Below, in pieces: positions 20,733 through 30,334 of a stretch of 64,000 nt of DNA (the first letter of the stretch is position 1; the number at the start of each line of letters is the position of its first letter). This stretch comes from a virus (lineage: Duplodnaviria; Caudoviricetes): IMG/VR virus record IMGVR_UViG_3300024229_000651; one strand, 5' to 3'. Made by a program: the position numbers and the translations under genes. A model generated the notes under the pieces. It had not been told where the DNA came from. It worked only from the letters and a program-made list of their open reading frames with translations, and ran no database searches.

Positions 20733-21365
20733 ATGAGCAATAGTAGCAATTTGCAGAATGAGCAGAATAAAAATATGGAAAAGAATAAATCGGCCGACGA
20801 AAATGCCGGCATCAAGATGTCTGGGCATATTTTAATCAGAGATGCAGAGACAAAAGAAGAAATTGTTAACAAAAGAAATGCTATACATTATGGTAACATG
20901 GCAAATATAATTGCCCGTGCACTAACTAATGAAGCAGGGTCCTATATTCATTTTATGGCTTTTGGTAACGGTGCTACTAGTGTTGACGGTGCTGGCAAGG
21001 TGTTATATAAAAACCCACGTGTCAGTGAGTCATTTGAAAACAGTGCGACTCTTTATAGTCGTACATACGAAAAAGTTATAAGTAACAACACATCTACTGA
21101 TAAGATTGAAATTATCACAGGGGCAAGTTATACAGATTTAAAAATGACTTGTACGTTGGGTTATAATGAACCCGCTGGACAGGATACATTCGATTCAAGT
21201 ACAACGCAGGATGGTTTATACGTTTTCGACGAATTAGGTTTACTAAGTTATGCGACAGACCCCGCAGATAGTAAAATGTTAACGCATGTGATCTTTCACC
21301 CTGTTCAAAAAAGTGCAAATAGAAGCATCGAAATTATATACACTGTGAGAGTGCAGTTAAATTAA
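20733..21365 (+). CDS. Conserved-looking phage baseplate/tail-associated protein
   Basis: The ORF track starts at GTG 20718; ATG 20733 (or a later ATG) is more likely. Motifs MAFGNG, FDELGL and LTHVIFHPVQKS.NR.IEIIYT.RV resemble tail-collar/baseplate-type proteins. Structural context. Confidence 0.55.
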   Translation: MSNSSNLQNEQNKNMEKNKSADENAGIKMSGHILIRDAETKEEIVNKRNAIHYGNMANIIARALTNEAGSYIHFMAFGNGATSVDGAGKVLYKNPRVSESFENSATLYSRTYEKVISNNTSTDKIEIITGASYTDLKMTCTLGYNEPAGQDTFDSSTTQDGLYVFDELGLLSYATDPADSKMLTHVIFHPVQKSANRSIEIIYTVRVQLN

Positions 21366-21386
21366 AGGATATTTAGAGGACATAAA

Positions 21387-23210
21387 ATGACATATTCAGT
21401 ACAAAATACAGATGGTTCTAAAACCATTAATGTAGCCGCAAGTCAAGTCAATTCCGCCTTTAGCATTGCACTGGTTGGTCGTAATGTTTCTGGCTACGGA
21501 CAATACTTTGTACAAAACGCCATAAGACATTTAGAGAACTTTGCCAGTACGTCAGCACCAAGCGACGATCAATTGCTACAAGGACAACTTTGGTACGACA
21601 AGGGAGAGGAAGTAATCCGTGTCTATGATGGCGCTTCTTGGCGAAGAGCTAGTATCACTGTTAGTGCGACAGCGCCAACAGATGGAGTAGAGTCGGGTAC
21701 ATCATACTACGATACAGTAGATGACAAATTAAAAGTTCATGACGGCACTCAGTTTATTGATGCTAGTTATGCAGGTAAAGTTACAAACGAATTTAGCAAT
21801 GATGTAAACTTGGGAAGCCCGAGTAAATACGGAACACGTCTTAGAACAATTTTTCTAGTAGATGATACTGGTGTACATAGAGCTGTATTAGGTTTAATGT
21901 ATGTGAGTGACGGTTCAGACGCAGGCTATACTGACGGCGAAAGCATTATGGCTGTATTCAGTGACCATGCGCAATTCGACATTAGTACAACTGCGCCAGC
22001 TAAAGTAGAAGGTTTAGGTGATGTAAACTTATATAATCAGTTTAATGACAGTGACGGTATCGGATCAACTATTAGACCTGGTATGAACTTGAGAAACAAG
22101 TATGCCGGCACAGCAGTATCATTAGCAAACAGTAGTATCTATGCAGATGTTTCAAATGCAATATCTACTGCGTCAGGTAACGTAGTAGGCAGTAAAGTAT
22201 TTACAGCATCTAGTACAGCACTAATACCAGACAACACTGACGTTGTTCCGATGGGTAATACAGCAAATCGATATAGTGAATTGTTTATTAACGATATTGA
22301 AATTGGTAATCCTTCATCCTCGTCAGCTAGGTACATTAAGAAATCTAGTGCTACAGTGTTACTAGATATTGGTGAGCAGTCAGCTCCAGTTGATAATTTA
22401 TATGTGGATAACATTTTTATCAAAGACGGTGGCGGCATTACTGGATTGAACATTGATACATATGGCAGTAATACTGCATTGATTGATGAAATTTGGTCAA
22501 GTGAAGTATACTTAGATGCGTCTGGTGACAAAAAGATTACCGACAACGGCGTTTACGGTTTAACAATTTACGATATAAACGGAAACCCACTAGTTGATCC
22601 TTCAGCAGGTGCGGCATCTACATTAGGCGGCGACAACACATTTTCTGGAAATAACACTTACAGCGGTGACATTCTATCAGCAGGCAACCACGATATCGGT
22701 TCTTCCTCGAGTAGATTCGGTACATTGTTTGTTGGTACATTAGATGCTACAGTGGGCGATATTAGCGGCGATTTAGATGTTGGCGGAACAGTAACAGCAA
22801 CACTATTCGATGGCGTTGCATCAAGTGCAAAATACGCTGACTTAGCTGAGAAATATACTGCTGATGAGAATTACGAAGCAGGCACTGTTGTTAAAATCGG
22901 CGGTGATGCAGAAATGACACAGACTACAGACCATAACGATTTAGACGTTTTTGGTGTTGTATCGACAACTCCTGCATACTTAATGAACAGCGAAGCAGAT
23001 GGAATAGCTATTGCTATGACCGGAAGAGTTCCTGTTCGAGTAGTAGGAAAAGTTAAGAAGGGTGAGAGATTAATTAGCTCTTCAGTACCAGGTGTTGCAT
23101 GGGCAATGAGTGACGAAGAATACGATCCAAGAGCAGTAATTGGTAGGAGCCTAGAAGATAAAAATGACGGCGATATTGGCACAGTAGAAGCAGTTATTGG
23201 CGTAAAATAG
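21387..23210 (+). CDS. Tail fibre/spike-like protein with C-terminal Peptidase_G2-like intramolecular chaperone domain
   Basis: N-terminal LVGRN.SGYG....N....LENFAS...P....GQLWYD module typical of large-phage fibres. C-terminal YADLAEKY..D..YE.GTVV.IGG..E...V.GVVST.PAYLMN...GRVPV.V.G.V.KG..L. RBS AGAGGA precedes the ATG. Confidence 0.75.
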   Translation: MTYSVQNTDGSKTINVAASQVNSAFSIALVGRNVSGYGQYFVQNAIRHLENFASTSAPSDDQLLQGQLWYDKGEEVIRVYDGASWRRASITVSATAPTDGVESGTSYYDTVDDKLKVHDGTQFIDASYAGKVTNEFSNDVNLGSPSKYGTRLRTIFLVDDTGVHRAVLGLMYVSDGSDAGYTDGESIMAVFSDHAQFDISTTAPAKVEGLGDVNLYNQFNDSDGIGSTIRPGMNLRNKYAGTAVSLANSSIYADVSNAISTASGNVVGSKVFTASSTALIPDNTDVVPMGNTANRYSELFINDIEIGNPSSSSARYIKKSSATVLLDIGEQSAPVDNLYVDNIFIKDGGGITGLNIDTYGSNTALIDEIWSSEVYLDASGDKKITDNGVYGLTIYDINGNPLVDPSAGAASTLGGDNTFSGNNTYSGDILSAGNHDIGSSSSRFGTLFVGTLDATVGDISGDLDVGGTVTATLFDGVASSAKYADLAEKYTADENYEAGTVVKIGGDAEMTQTTDHNDLDVFGVVSTTPAYLMNSEADGIAIAMTGRVPVRVVGKVKKGERLISSSVPGVAWAMSDEEYDPRAVIGRSLEDKNDGDIGTVEAVIGVK

Positions 23211-23217
23211 GTAAATA
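23211..23217 (+). promoter_or_regulatory. Putative late-promoter core RTAAATA (GTAAATA)
   Basis: Immediately after the TAG stop at 23210 and upstream of RBS AGGAGA and ATG 23247. Confidence 0.45.
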
Positions 23218-23246
23218 GTAATATTATTAATTGTAGGAGATAATCA

Positions 23247-24287
23247 ATGGCAAGCGGATCAGCACTAAGCGTATCAGGTGGCTTCACTATGACCCAGGTT
23301 GTAAGCGGGGATGTAATTGATGACGCAGATTACGATAACATGAAGAATAATGTTTATCGTCAGTTGAGTACACCAGCAGACCACACAACAGGTACATATA
23401 CAGCCAGTAGTATTTACGGCTACAACCAGTCTGTAGGCAGTTTAGATGCTGCAGCAGGTGAACTTATCCGTGCAAATAGCACAGATAACGGTTTTAAAAA
23501 TCTACAGGATGAAGTGCAAGCTATAGGATCATTCCTTGGCCTATCACTAACAGGTCCAACAGACCGTGCAGCAGGTAATACAATTACAGCAGCGCACTGG
23601 AACCAGTTAATGAACGATGCAAAAACATGTTTTGATAATCGCTTTTCAGTACCAAGCGGCAGTTTAACGACAGCGGCACATGGTGCTAGTAGCAGATCAA
23701 CTAGTTGGGGCAGCGCATCCGAGCCTGCAATTGCACATACATTTACTGTATCATTTTCAAGTGAAGCACATTGTAGAGGATTCTTTAACGCAGGTGGTAA
23801 AATATTATTCACAGGCGCAAGAAGCGGCGGCACATCAGGATCATCCGCAGGCACAATTGGTTCGCAGAACTCAAACTGGACATCACTATTAAGTTCCATG
23901 GGTACATTAACGTTTGACTTAAACAACTTAACTAGTTCAGGATCAACAGGTTCTAGTAATGGTAAGGGTTTTTACGAACTAACAACAAACCAAGTACAAC
24001 TTTATATCAAGTACGGTTCTGGTGCATACGCAAGTAACTACTACCAGATCACAGGTAAAGTAAATAGTACAAGTAACCCAACACAGTTAACATTCACTGT
24101 AACAATGAGAGATGACCACGCACTAGGTAATGGCATTGGTGCTGACGGCGTTGACGGAAATGGTGACGACACTGTTGGATATGTAGATGCCGTAGACGGT
24201 ACTACAACAAGTACAATTCAGACTAGTCGTGCTAACAACGGTATTACAGTTTCAGCTCCGACTTATGCAGCAGTAAGCAACTTGTAA
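23247..24287 (+). CDS. Virion structural protein (Gly/Ser/Thr-rich, fibre/collar-like)
   Basis: Strong RBS AGGAGA. Repeated G..I.A..(W/Y)N/D motif (GDVIDDADYDNM, GNTITAAHWNQLM). Last gene before the terminator. Confidence 0.6.
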   Translation: MASGSALSVSGGFTMTQVVSGDVIDDADYDNMKNNVYRQLSTPADHTTGTYTASSIYGYNQSVGSLDAAAGELIRANSTDNGFKNLQDEVQAIGSFLGLSLTGPTDRAAGNTITAAHWNQLMNDAKTCFDNRFSVPSGSLTTAAHGASSRSTSWGSASEPAIAHTFTVSFSSEAHCRGFFNAGGKILFTGARSGGTSGSSAGTIGSQNSNWTSLLSSMGTLTFDLNNLTSSGSTGSSNGKGFYELTTNQVQLYIKYGSGAYASNYYQITGKVNSTSNPTQLTFTVTMRDDHALGNGIGADGVDGNGDDTVGYVDAVDGTTTSTIQTSRANNGITVSAPTYAAVSNL

Positions 24288-24304
24288 AAGTTACTAAAAC
24301 TAAT

Positions 24305-24338
24305 AAAAAAGCCAGTTCACAGAAGCTGGCTTTTTTTT
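24305..24338. terminator. Rho-independent terminator, probably bidirectional
   Basis: AAAAAA-GCCAGTT-cacaga-AGCTGGC-TTTTTTTT: a 7-bp stem with one G-U pair, flanked by A and T runs, 18 nt after the stop of the 346-aa gene. Confidence 0.85.
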
Positions 24339-24343
24339 GACTG

Positions 24344-24350
24344 GTAAATA
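24344..24350 (+). promoter_or_regulatory. Putative late-promoter core RTAAATA (GTAAATA) heading the modification locus
   Basis: Directly after the terminator and 5 nt before ATG 24356. Confidence 0.5.
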
Positions 24351-24355
24351 TAGCT

Positions 24356-24712
24356 ATGAGTAATAAACTAACAAAAGCACTAGAATTTGCAAACTACAGA
24401 TCGTCGTTAAATATACAGCATAATAATATGAAGGCCAGAGTGCAGACTCTGCTCAGTTATAGCACTAACGGCGGAACATTTATCATATCGCACGAGCTAA
24501 TATCATTTGTAAAATTACTAGTAGATAGGGAAATGCCTGATGCAGTGTTACTTGACGTTTACAACAACCCTATCCAAATCGAAAACCTGGACACTTTTTT
24601 AGAAGAATTAATAAGCAGATATTTCGAAGCAACAAACGAATACTTTGCAGACTATTCTAAACTTAAAAAAAGCAGAAAGGTCCACAAACTAATAGACATA
24701 GACGATGACTAA
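24356..24712 (+). CDS. Hypothetical protein (118 aa)
   Basis: Fills the gap after the terminator and overlaps the next gene by 8 nt (ATGACTAA). Confidence 0.75.
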   Translation: MSNKLTKALEFANYRSSLNIQHNNMKARVQTLLSYSTNGGTFIISHELISFVKLLVDREMPDAVLLDVYNNPIQIENLDTFLEELISRYFEATNEYFADYSKLKKSRKVHKLIDIDDD

Positions 24713-25592
24713 AGGATTCTTAATCTTTGCTCATAACAATGAGGAAATTGATTATTTAAAACTAGCCGCTGTTAACGCAAGATTAATAAAACAAAATTGC
24801 AGCATCTCTGATGTTACAGTAGTTACAAATCATCATAGTTACGATTATACCTGCGCCACTATGGGAGAAGAGTTTGTAACCGACAGTTTTTCTAATATAG
24901 TATTTGTAGAAAAAGACAAAACCTTCAAGAGAAGTAATGTTAGGACATATAAAGATACTAGTCATACTGCAAAATCTTTACCATTTTACAATTTAGACAG
25001 ATGCGATGCATACGATTTAAGTCCGTACGATGAAACAATTTTAATAGATGCTGACTATCTAATACTTAGTGATGTGTTAAACAGTTGCTGGAATCATGAT
25101 AACGAATTTATGATGAATTGGTCATATCAAGATATAATGGTTGAGCGAGATGATCCTACGTTACGTAGACTGCACCCTAGCGGCATAACTATGTATTGGG
25201 CAACAGTAGTATACTTTAAAAAGTGCAATTTCTCAGAACAATTTTTTAAGACAGTGAAGCATGTGCGGGACAACCGACAGTATTATCAAGATGTATATAA
25301 ATGGCCAGGCAACCTATATAGAAACGACTACAGCTTTAGTGTCGCAGCTCATATGCTAGGTGGCTTTCAAGAAAGGGGAATACCCCAATTGCCACTGCCT
25401 GCATTATACAAAACATTTGATACTGACGACATACATTCTATTCCGTGTAAAAACGAAATAATTTTTTATTTAGAAAAACCCAAAGCTCTAGGCGACTTCG
25501 TGTTAACAAGATGGAAAAATTTAGATGTTCACGTAATGAATAAATGGGCTATAAACAGGATTAGTTCTGAACTAATGAATTATATAGAATAA
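24705..25592 (+). CDS. GT-A fold nucleotide-diphospho-sugar transferase-like protein
   Basis: YDLSPYDETILIDADY contains a DxD motif in an SP(Y/F)DE..(I/L)D.D context. Paralogue of 25904-26782. Confidence 0.65.
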   Translation: MTKGFLIFAHNNEEIDYLKLAAVNARLIKQNCSISDVTVVTNHHSYDYTCATMGEEFVTDSFSNIVFVEKDKTFKRSNVRTYKDTSHTAKSLPFYNLDRCDAYDLSPYDETILIDADYLILSDVLNSCWNHDNEFMMNWSYQDIMVERDDPTLRRLHPSGITMYWATVVYFKKCNFSEQFFKTVKHVRDNRQYYQDVYKWPGNLYRNDYSFSVAAHMLGGFQERGIPQLPLPALYKTFDTDDIHSIPCKNEIIFYLEKPKALGDFVLTRWKNLDVHVMNKWAINRISSELMNYIE

Positions 25593-25609
25593 TAAAGAGG
25601 TAACAACAT

Positions 25610-25750
25610 ATGACACAGTCGCAAAAACATCAAAGTGATAAATTAAAGTTTCAAAAGAAATCTATTAAAGATCAAGCAGAAGCAATTAAAGAGCAAGAAA
25701 AGAGAATAGCAGAATGGATAAAACAGCAGCAGGATCCGAGTAATGGCTAG
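25610..25750 (+). CDS. Small hypothetical protein (46 aa, Gln/Lys-rich, likely helical)
   Basis: Not in the ORF track. Hand translation gives MTQSQKHQSDKLKFQKKSIKDQAEAIKEQEKRIAEWIKQQQDPSNG*. RBS-like AGAGGT at about 25596-25601. Confidence 0.6.
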   Translation: MTQSQKHQSDKLKFQKKSIKDQAEAIKEQEKRIAEWIKQQQDPSNG

Positions 25751-25907
25751 TATAATGGAAAGAAATTGGAATAGCCTTAGCCAACTCAGAGATTACTTTG
25801 AAAAAACAAAAGAAGAAAAAGTTGTTAATTTCGACGGTGTGTCTCTAACTACTAAGAAACACGTATATACACTTATAACTCCTACGCTATATAGGAAAAG
25901 TAAATGA
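25743..25907 (+). CDS. Small hypothetical protein (54 aa)
   Basis: Not in the ORF track. Hand translation gives MASIMERNWNSLSQLRDYFEKTKEEKVVNFDGVSLTTKKHVYTLITPTLYRKSK*. Its TGA overlaps the ATG of the next gene (ATGA at 25904-25907). Confidence 0.6.
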   Translation: MASIMERNWNSLSQLRDYFEKTKEEKVVNFDGVSLTTKKHVYTLITPTLYRKSK

Positions 25908-26782
25908 GCAAAGGCTATATTGTAATCGCACAGAATTCTGGTAAGGTTGATTATCTTGCCCAAGCGTATGCATTAGCACTCAACCTTAAATTAACACAGA
26001 GCACTGTCAATAATATTGCTGTGTGCGTAGACACTTCTACAAAAAAACTTATAACAGAAAAACACAAAGCAGTTTTTGATCACATAATAGATATCCCATG
26101 GGACGATGCTGCAGACGGCAAAGACTGGAAAATAAACAACAAATGGAAGTATTATTATATGAGTCCATTTGATGAGACTGTGATATTAGATACAGACATG
26201 ATCTTCCCTGTCGATGTAAGTTTTTGGTGGGATCATTTAAGTATGAAAGATGTATGGGCTTGCACAAATGTAAAAACATACAGAAATGAACTTGTTGAAG
26301 ATTATTACTACAGATCTTTTTTTAAAAAGAATAACCTGCCTAATGTTTATACAGCATTTTTCTATTTTAAAAAGAGTGATACTGCAACAGAACTTTTTAA
26401 GATGATAGAAATTATATTCAATAATTGGGAACGATTTTATTTTAAGTATATGCCAAAAGGAAAACCAGAATGGTTAAGTGCAGATGTGGCATTTGCATTG
26501 GCTATACAATTGTTAGGCATAGAAGACGAATGCACGATGGATCATATAACAGATATGCCTACATTTATTCACATGAAGAGCTACATACAAAACATCCCTT
26601 CTAGTTTAGTAGAAGAAAACTGGAGCGATAGTATACCTTGTTACTATAAGGATTATACTGATTTTAAACTTGGAAACTTTAAGATAAACTTTCCTTTCCA
26701 TTATGTTGACAAGGATTGGATGACTAGAGATAAAATACAACAACTAGAAGTAAATTATTTTGGAAAAAGGACAACAGTATGA
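25904..26782 (+). CDS. GT-A fold glycosyltransferase-like protein (paralogue of 24705-25592)
   Basis: MSKGYIVIAQN...DYL..A parallels MTKGFLIFAHN...DYL..A. YYMSPFDETVILDTDM carries a DxD motif. Confidence 0.65.
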   Translation: MSKGYIVIAQNSGKVDYLAQAYALALNLKLTQSTVNNIAVCVDTSTKKLITEKHKAVFDHIIDIPWDDAADGKDWKINNKWKYYYMSPFDETVILDTDMIFPVDVSFWWDHLSMKDVWACTNVKTYRNELVEDYYYRSFFKKNNLPNVYTAFFYFKKSDTATELFKMIEIIFNNWERFYFKYMPKGKPEWLSADVAFALAIQLLGIEDECTMDHITDMPTFIHMKSYIQNIPSSLVEENWSDSIPCYYKDYTDFKLGNFKINFPFHYVDKDWMTRDKIQQLEVNYFGKRTTV

Positions 26783-27381
26783 CAGAATTAACAGCAGGTG
26801 AACGATTAGCTCTACTCAAGGATAAGCACGGCGGGTTGAAAAATGCTCTAAAAGAATCACAGGCTTATACGTATATGGTCTATGATACTGGTGGTACTAT
26901 ACTGTATAAAAGTATCGAACAGCCGGACATGAGCGATTTTGACGCTTGTAAGTGCTATAAATTCAATACGCCTGATACAAAAATTATCGACGAGAACGGA
27001 AAAAGTGTAGCGCAGTTCTATATAGAAGAAGACGAGCACGATGTGTGTCACATTAAACTGCGGACAACAGAAACATCAAAAATTAAAAGTGACAGAGATT
27101 TCCTACAAGAGATTGAAACCGGAGAAGATGCAGATTATTTAATATCCTACACTGACAAAAACTGGTACCTAACTATTACAGAGGGCACAAAGTCTAAGCA
27201 AAATCTAGTGGTGTATGTAACACCACACAAGGACCCGCATATGTTACTAGAAAGAGTTATGTTTAATATAGCGGATGCTGTTGACGGCCAAGTTACTACT
27301 GCTAGGAAACTTAGTAGTGACGAGGAAGCCTTTAGTATATACACACATAAGTCTGATAGCATCACATACGCTAGAAAATAA
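26779..27381 (+). CDS. Hypothetical protein (200 aa)
   Basis: ATGA overlap with the upstream gene; no recognisable motif. Confidence 0.75.
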   Translation: MTELTAGERLALLKDKHGGLKNALKESQAYTYMVYDTGGTILYKSIEQPDMSDFDACKCYKFNTPDTKIIDENGKSVAQFYIEEDEHDVCHIKLRTTETSKIKSDRDFLQEIETGEDADYLISYTDKNWYLTITEGTKSKQNLVVYVTPHKDPHMLLERVMFNIADAVDGQVTTARKLSSDEEAFSIYTHKSDSITYARK

Positions 27382-27402
27382 AACAGTTGTTTTCTGTGGA
27401 AG

Positions 27403-27409
27403 ATAAATA
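27403..27409 (+). promoter_or_regulatory. Putative late-promoter core RTAAATA (ATAAATA)
   Basis: In the 60-nt intergenic gap upstream of AGGA RBS and ATG 27442. Confidence 0.45.
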
Positions 27410-27441
27410 CTAACACTATACACTAAACACAGGACAAACAC

Positions 27442-28446
27442 ATGGCTAGAATCGATGTAACTGAACTCGATATATTCTATATCTCCTATGACGAACCTAA
27501 CTGCGAAGAACATTGGTCAGACTTATTAAATAAAGTTCCGTGGGCTAAACGTGTACATGGAGTAAAAGGGTTCGATGCAGCGCACAAAGCATGCGCTAAT
27601 CAAAGCGAAACAGACAGGTTTATCACTGTTGATGGCGATAATATTGTTATGCCAGATTTCTTTGAGCAAGTATTAGATGTTCCTGATCAGGATCATGACG
27701 GTAACAACATATCCGAAAGTATTTTTAGTTGGAATGCAAAGAACATTCTAAACGGGTTAGTGTACGGCAATGGTGGACTAAAGTGTTGGCCTACCGAATA
27801 TACTAAAAGCATTAACACACATGAAGCCGCAACAGACGGCGAGGGCATGGAGTTTTGCTGGAAGTTAAACTATATACAACTCAACGATACGTTCAGTGAA
27901 GTGCACCAAACAGCAAGTCCTTTCCAAGCCTTTAGAGCAGGGTTTAGAGAAGGTGTTAAAATGAGTTTGGACCAGGGTGCAAGAATTTCCCCAGATGAGT
28001 TTGTAGAAAAAGTTTGGTGGCAAAATTATAATCGACTTCAAACATGGTGTAACATAGGCAGTGATGTAGAGAATGGATTATGGGCTATCTACGGCGCCCG
28101 GTTAGGCTGCGAAATGACTGTGCTTACTGATTGGGACACTAACTTAATTTCGGATTACGAATGGTTCAAAGAATTTTTCAATAGCCAAGTAGCACCAAAC
28201 TTCTCCGGCATGAACGATCAGCAATGCCGATATACCAAATTGGAATGGGACAGTAATATGCTGCAAAAAGAAATTTGTAGTTTGGGAAGAAAGTTAAACA
28301 CAGATATTAATGAGATGATGCTGTTTGATCCAGCACCGGAAATGTGCAAGTTCTTCAAACAAACATATGTTAATCCAAGACGATGGGGTGTAATGATTCG
28401 TGAAAAACAAATACAGGACTTACTTGAGAAAGGCCTCATACAGTAG
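27442..28446 (+). CDS. GT-A-like putative glycosyltransferase (single-module homologue of the 1953-aa protein C-terminus)
   Basis: IFYISY.E, V.GVKG.DAAHKA, FITVDGD (DxD), YGNGGLK.W and AFR.GFREGVK align with the last module of 55427-61288. Confidence 0.6.
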   Translation: MARIDVTELDIFYISYDEPNCEEHWSDLLNKVPWAKRVHGVKGFDAAHKACANQSETDRFITVDGDNIVMPDFFEQVLDVPDQDHDGNNISESIFSWNAKNILNGLVYGNGGLKCWPTEYTKSINTHEAATDGEGMEFCWKLNYIQLNDTFSEVHQTASPFQAFRAGFREGVKMSLDQGARISPDEFVEKVWWQNYNRLQTWCNIGSDVENGLWAIYGARLGCEMTVLTDWDTNLISDYEWFKEFFNSQVAPNFSGMNDQQCRYTKLEWDSNMLQKEICSLGRKLNTDINEMMLFDPAPEMCKFFKQTYVNPRRWGVMIREKQIQDLLEKGLIQ

Positions 28447-30080
28447 TGAGCATATACGACCAAGCCGCCGATAAGGCTAAAAAACAGCTAGATACAATCA
28501 GCCCATCAATGTGTTATGCAAAGTGGAGCCAAGTATCTATGCACCTAACAAATGGTACAACGCATAGTTGTTATCATCCACCTACACACAAAATTCCATT
28601 AAAAGAGTTAGATAACAACATAACAGCACTACATAACACAGAAGAAAAGAAAGAACAGCGTAGGCAAATGTTAAAAGGCGAGCGGCCTGAAGGCTGCAGT
28701 TATTGTTGGAGCATTGAGGATACAGGTGCTAGAAGTGATCGAGTGTATCGTAGCGGCGAGTATTGGGCACAAGAAAGTAAAGAAGATATCATGGACGCCG
28801 GCGCAAGTGGCAACATCAATCCACGATATGTAGAAGTAAATTTTAACCAGGCATGCAATTTTAAATGCAGTTATTGCTCACCGCATCTAAGCACAGCATG
28901 GCAAGAAGAGATTGAAGAGTTCGGTGAGTATCCGACAACATCACCGCACAACAATATAGATAGTTTACGTAATAAAGGACTAATGCCCTTAAAAGTCAGC
29001 CAAGAAGATAATCCATATGTTACAGCATTTTGGAAATGGTGGCCTGAAATGTATAAAACTTTAAGAGTATTTAGAATGACAGGCGGTGAGCCGCTGATGG
29101 ATAAAAATACATTCCAGGTGCTAGACTACGTGCACGAGAATCCTAATAAAGATCTAGAGTTAAGCATAACATCTAACATGTGCCCTGTCAACGATGCATT
29201 GTTTGTAAAATTTTTAACAAGTGTAAAAAAATTAGATGATGTACCGCATGGTGCAGAAGTATATGTTAAAGATCCACTCGACGGCACTGACTGGCAAACA
29301 TGGCAACATTATATAATAGGGGAAGATGCAAAACGCTATCACGACAGTGAGTTGCCAGTTATAGAACGACATGACATACCTCAAACATTTTTAGAAATAG
29401 GCCAATGCGAAGAGCACGACAACAATAGCTTTACATATCTATATGAATATAGAGATAAAGCATACCATAATTTCAGTGTGTTTGTAAGTCTAGACGGTTG
29501 GGGAGAACAGGCAGAATATATGCGTAGTGGTATGGATTTTGAGCAGTTGTGGAATAACTGCCATAGATTCCTAGACGAAACTAGATTCACTAGTATAAAT
29601 TTTATTAACACATTTAACTGTTTGAGTGTAACTACATTTAAAGATTTTCTACAAGGAATATTAGAGCTTAGGGAAAAATGGAGTAAGGAGAATCAATATG
29701 CAATGGGATGGGAAGTCCCAGAACAACGTATATGGTTTGATATACCTGTACTGAGAAATCCAGCTTGGCAAAATATACAAGTATTGCCAGGAACTTATCA
29801 AGAATACATGACAGACGCAATCGAGTTTATGGAAGCAAATCGAGCAAACGAAGAATATGTTGACTATAAAGGTTTCAAGGATTTTGAGATAGCAAAAGCA
29901 AAACGTAATTTAGAATTAATGAAGCAGGACATTTCTATAGATAATCTACAGCGTAACCGTACAGATTTTTATAAATTTTTCACAGAACACGATATACGAC
30001 GAGACACAAACTTTTTAGGTACATTTCCTGAAATGGCAGATTTTTGGTTTTTATGCGAGGAGGCGGATGCATTACAATGA
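28446..30080 (+). CDS. Radical SAM enzyme #1 with N-terminal twitch/SPASM-like Cys domain
   Basis: GTG start overlapping the TAG. CNFKCSYC, TGGEP and N-terminal CYAKW...SCYH...CSYCW. Confidence 0.9.
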   Translation: MSIYDQAADKAKKQLDTISPSMCYAKWSQVSMHLTNGTTHSCYHPPTHKIPLKELDNNITALHNTEEKKEQRRQMLKGERPEGCSYCWSIEDTGARSDRVYRSGEYWAQESKEDIMDAGASGNINPRYVEVNFNQACNFKCSYCSPHLSTAWQEEIEEFGEYPTTSPHNNIDSLRNKGLMPLKVSQEDNPYVTAFWKWWPEMYKTLRVFRMTGGEPLMDKNTFQVLDYVHENPNKDLELSITSNMCPVNDALFVKFLTSVKKLDDVPHGAEVYVKDPLDGTDWQTWQHYIIGEDAKRYHDSELPVIERHDIPQTFLEIGQCEEHDNNSFTYLYEYRDKAYHNFSVFVSLDGWGEQAEYMRSGMDFEQLWNNCHRFLDETRFTSINFINTFNCLSVTTFKDFLQGILELREKWSKENQYAMGWEVPEQRIWFDIPVLRNPAWQNIQVLPGTYQEYMTDAIEFMEANRANEEYVDYKGFKDFEIAKAKRNLELMKQDISIDNLQRNRTDFYKFFTEHDIRRDTNFLGTFPEMADFWFLCEEADALQ

Positions 30081-30334
30081 AAGATAGAGAAAAATTCTCA
30101 TCAGCAATATTAGCAGGTGTAGTAACAGTAGAGTTTAGAAAACTAGGCACAAATGAATTACGTGTGATGCCATGCACACTTAATGAAGAAGTAAGTGATG
30201 GCAATGCGAAAATAAGCAAGTTCGACTCAGGCTCAGACCATTTTGCGGTGTGGTGCTTGGATAAAAAGGCATGGAGAAGTTTCCGTGTAAACACAGTAGA
30301 GAAGTGGTACGAAGGTTACCCAGAAGAGGTTTAA
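30077..30334 (+). CDS. Small SH3/Sm-like beta-barrel protein (WYL_2/DUF2693-like)
   Basis: Real start is probably ATG 30077 (ATGA overlap) rather than 30044. Pattern V.F.K....R.M.CTL...V...D...WRSFR. Confidence 0.65.
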   Translation: MKDREKFSSAILAGVVTVEFRKLGTNELRVMPCTLNEEVSDGNAKISKFDSGSDHFAVWCLDKKAWRSFRVNTVEKWYEGYPEEV

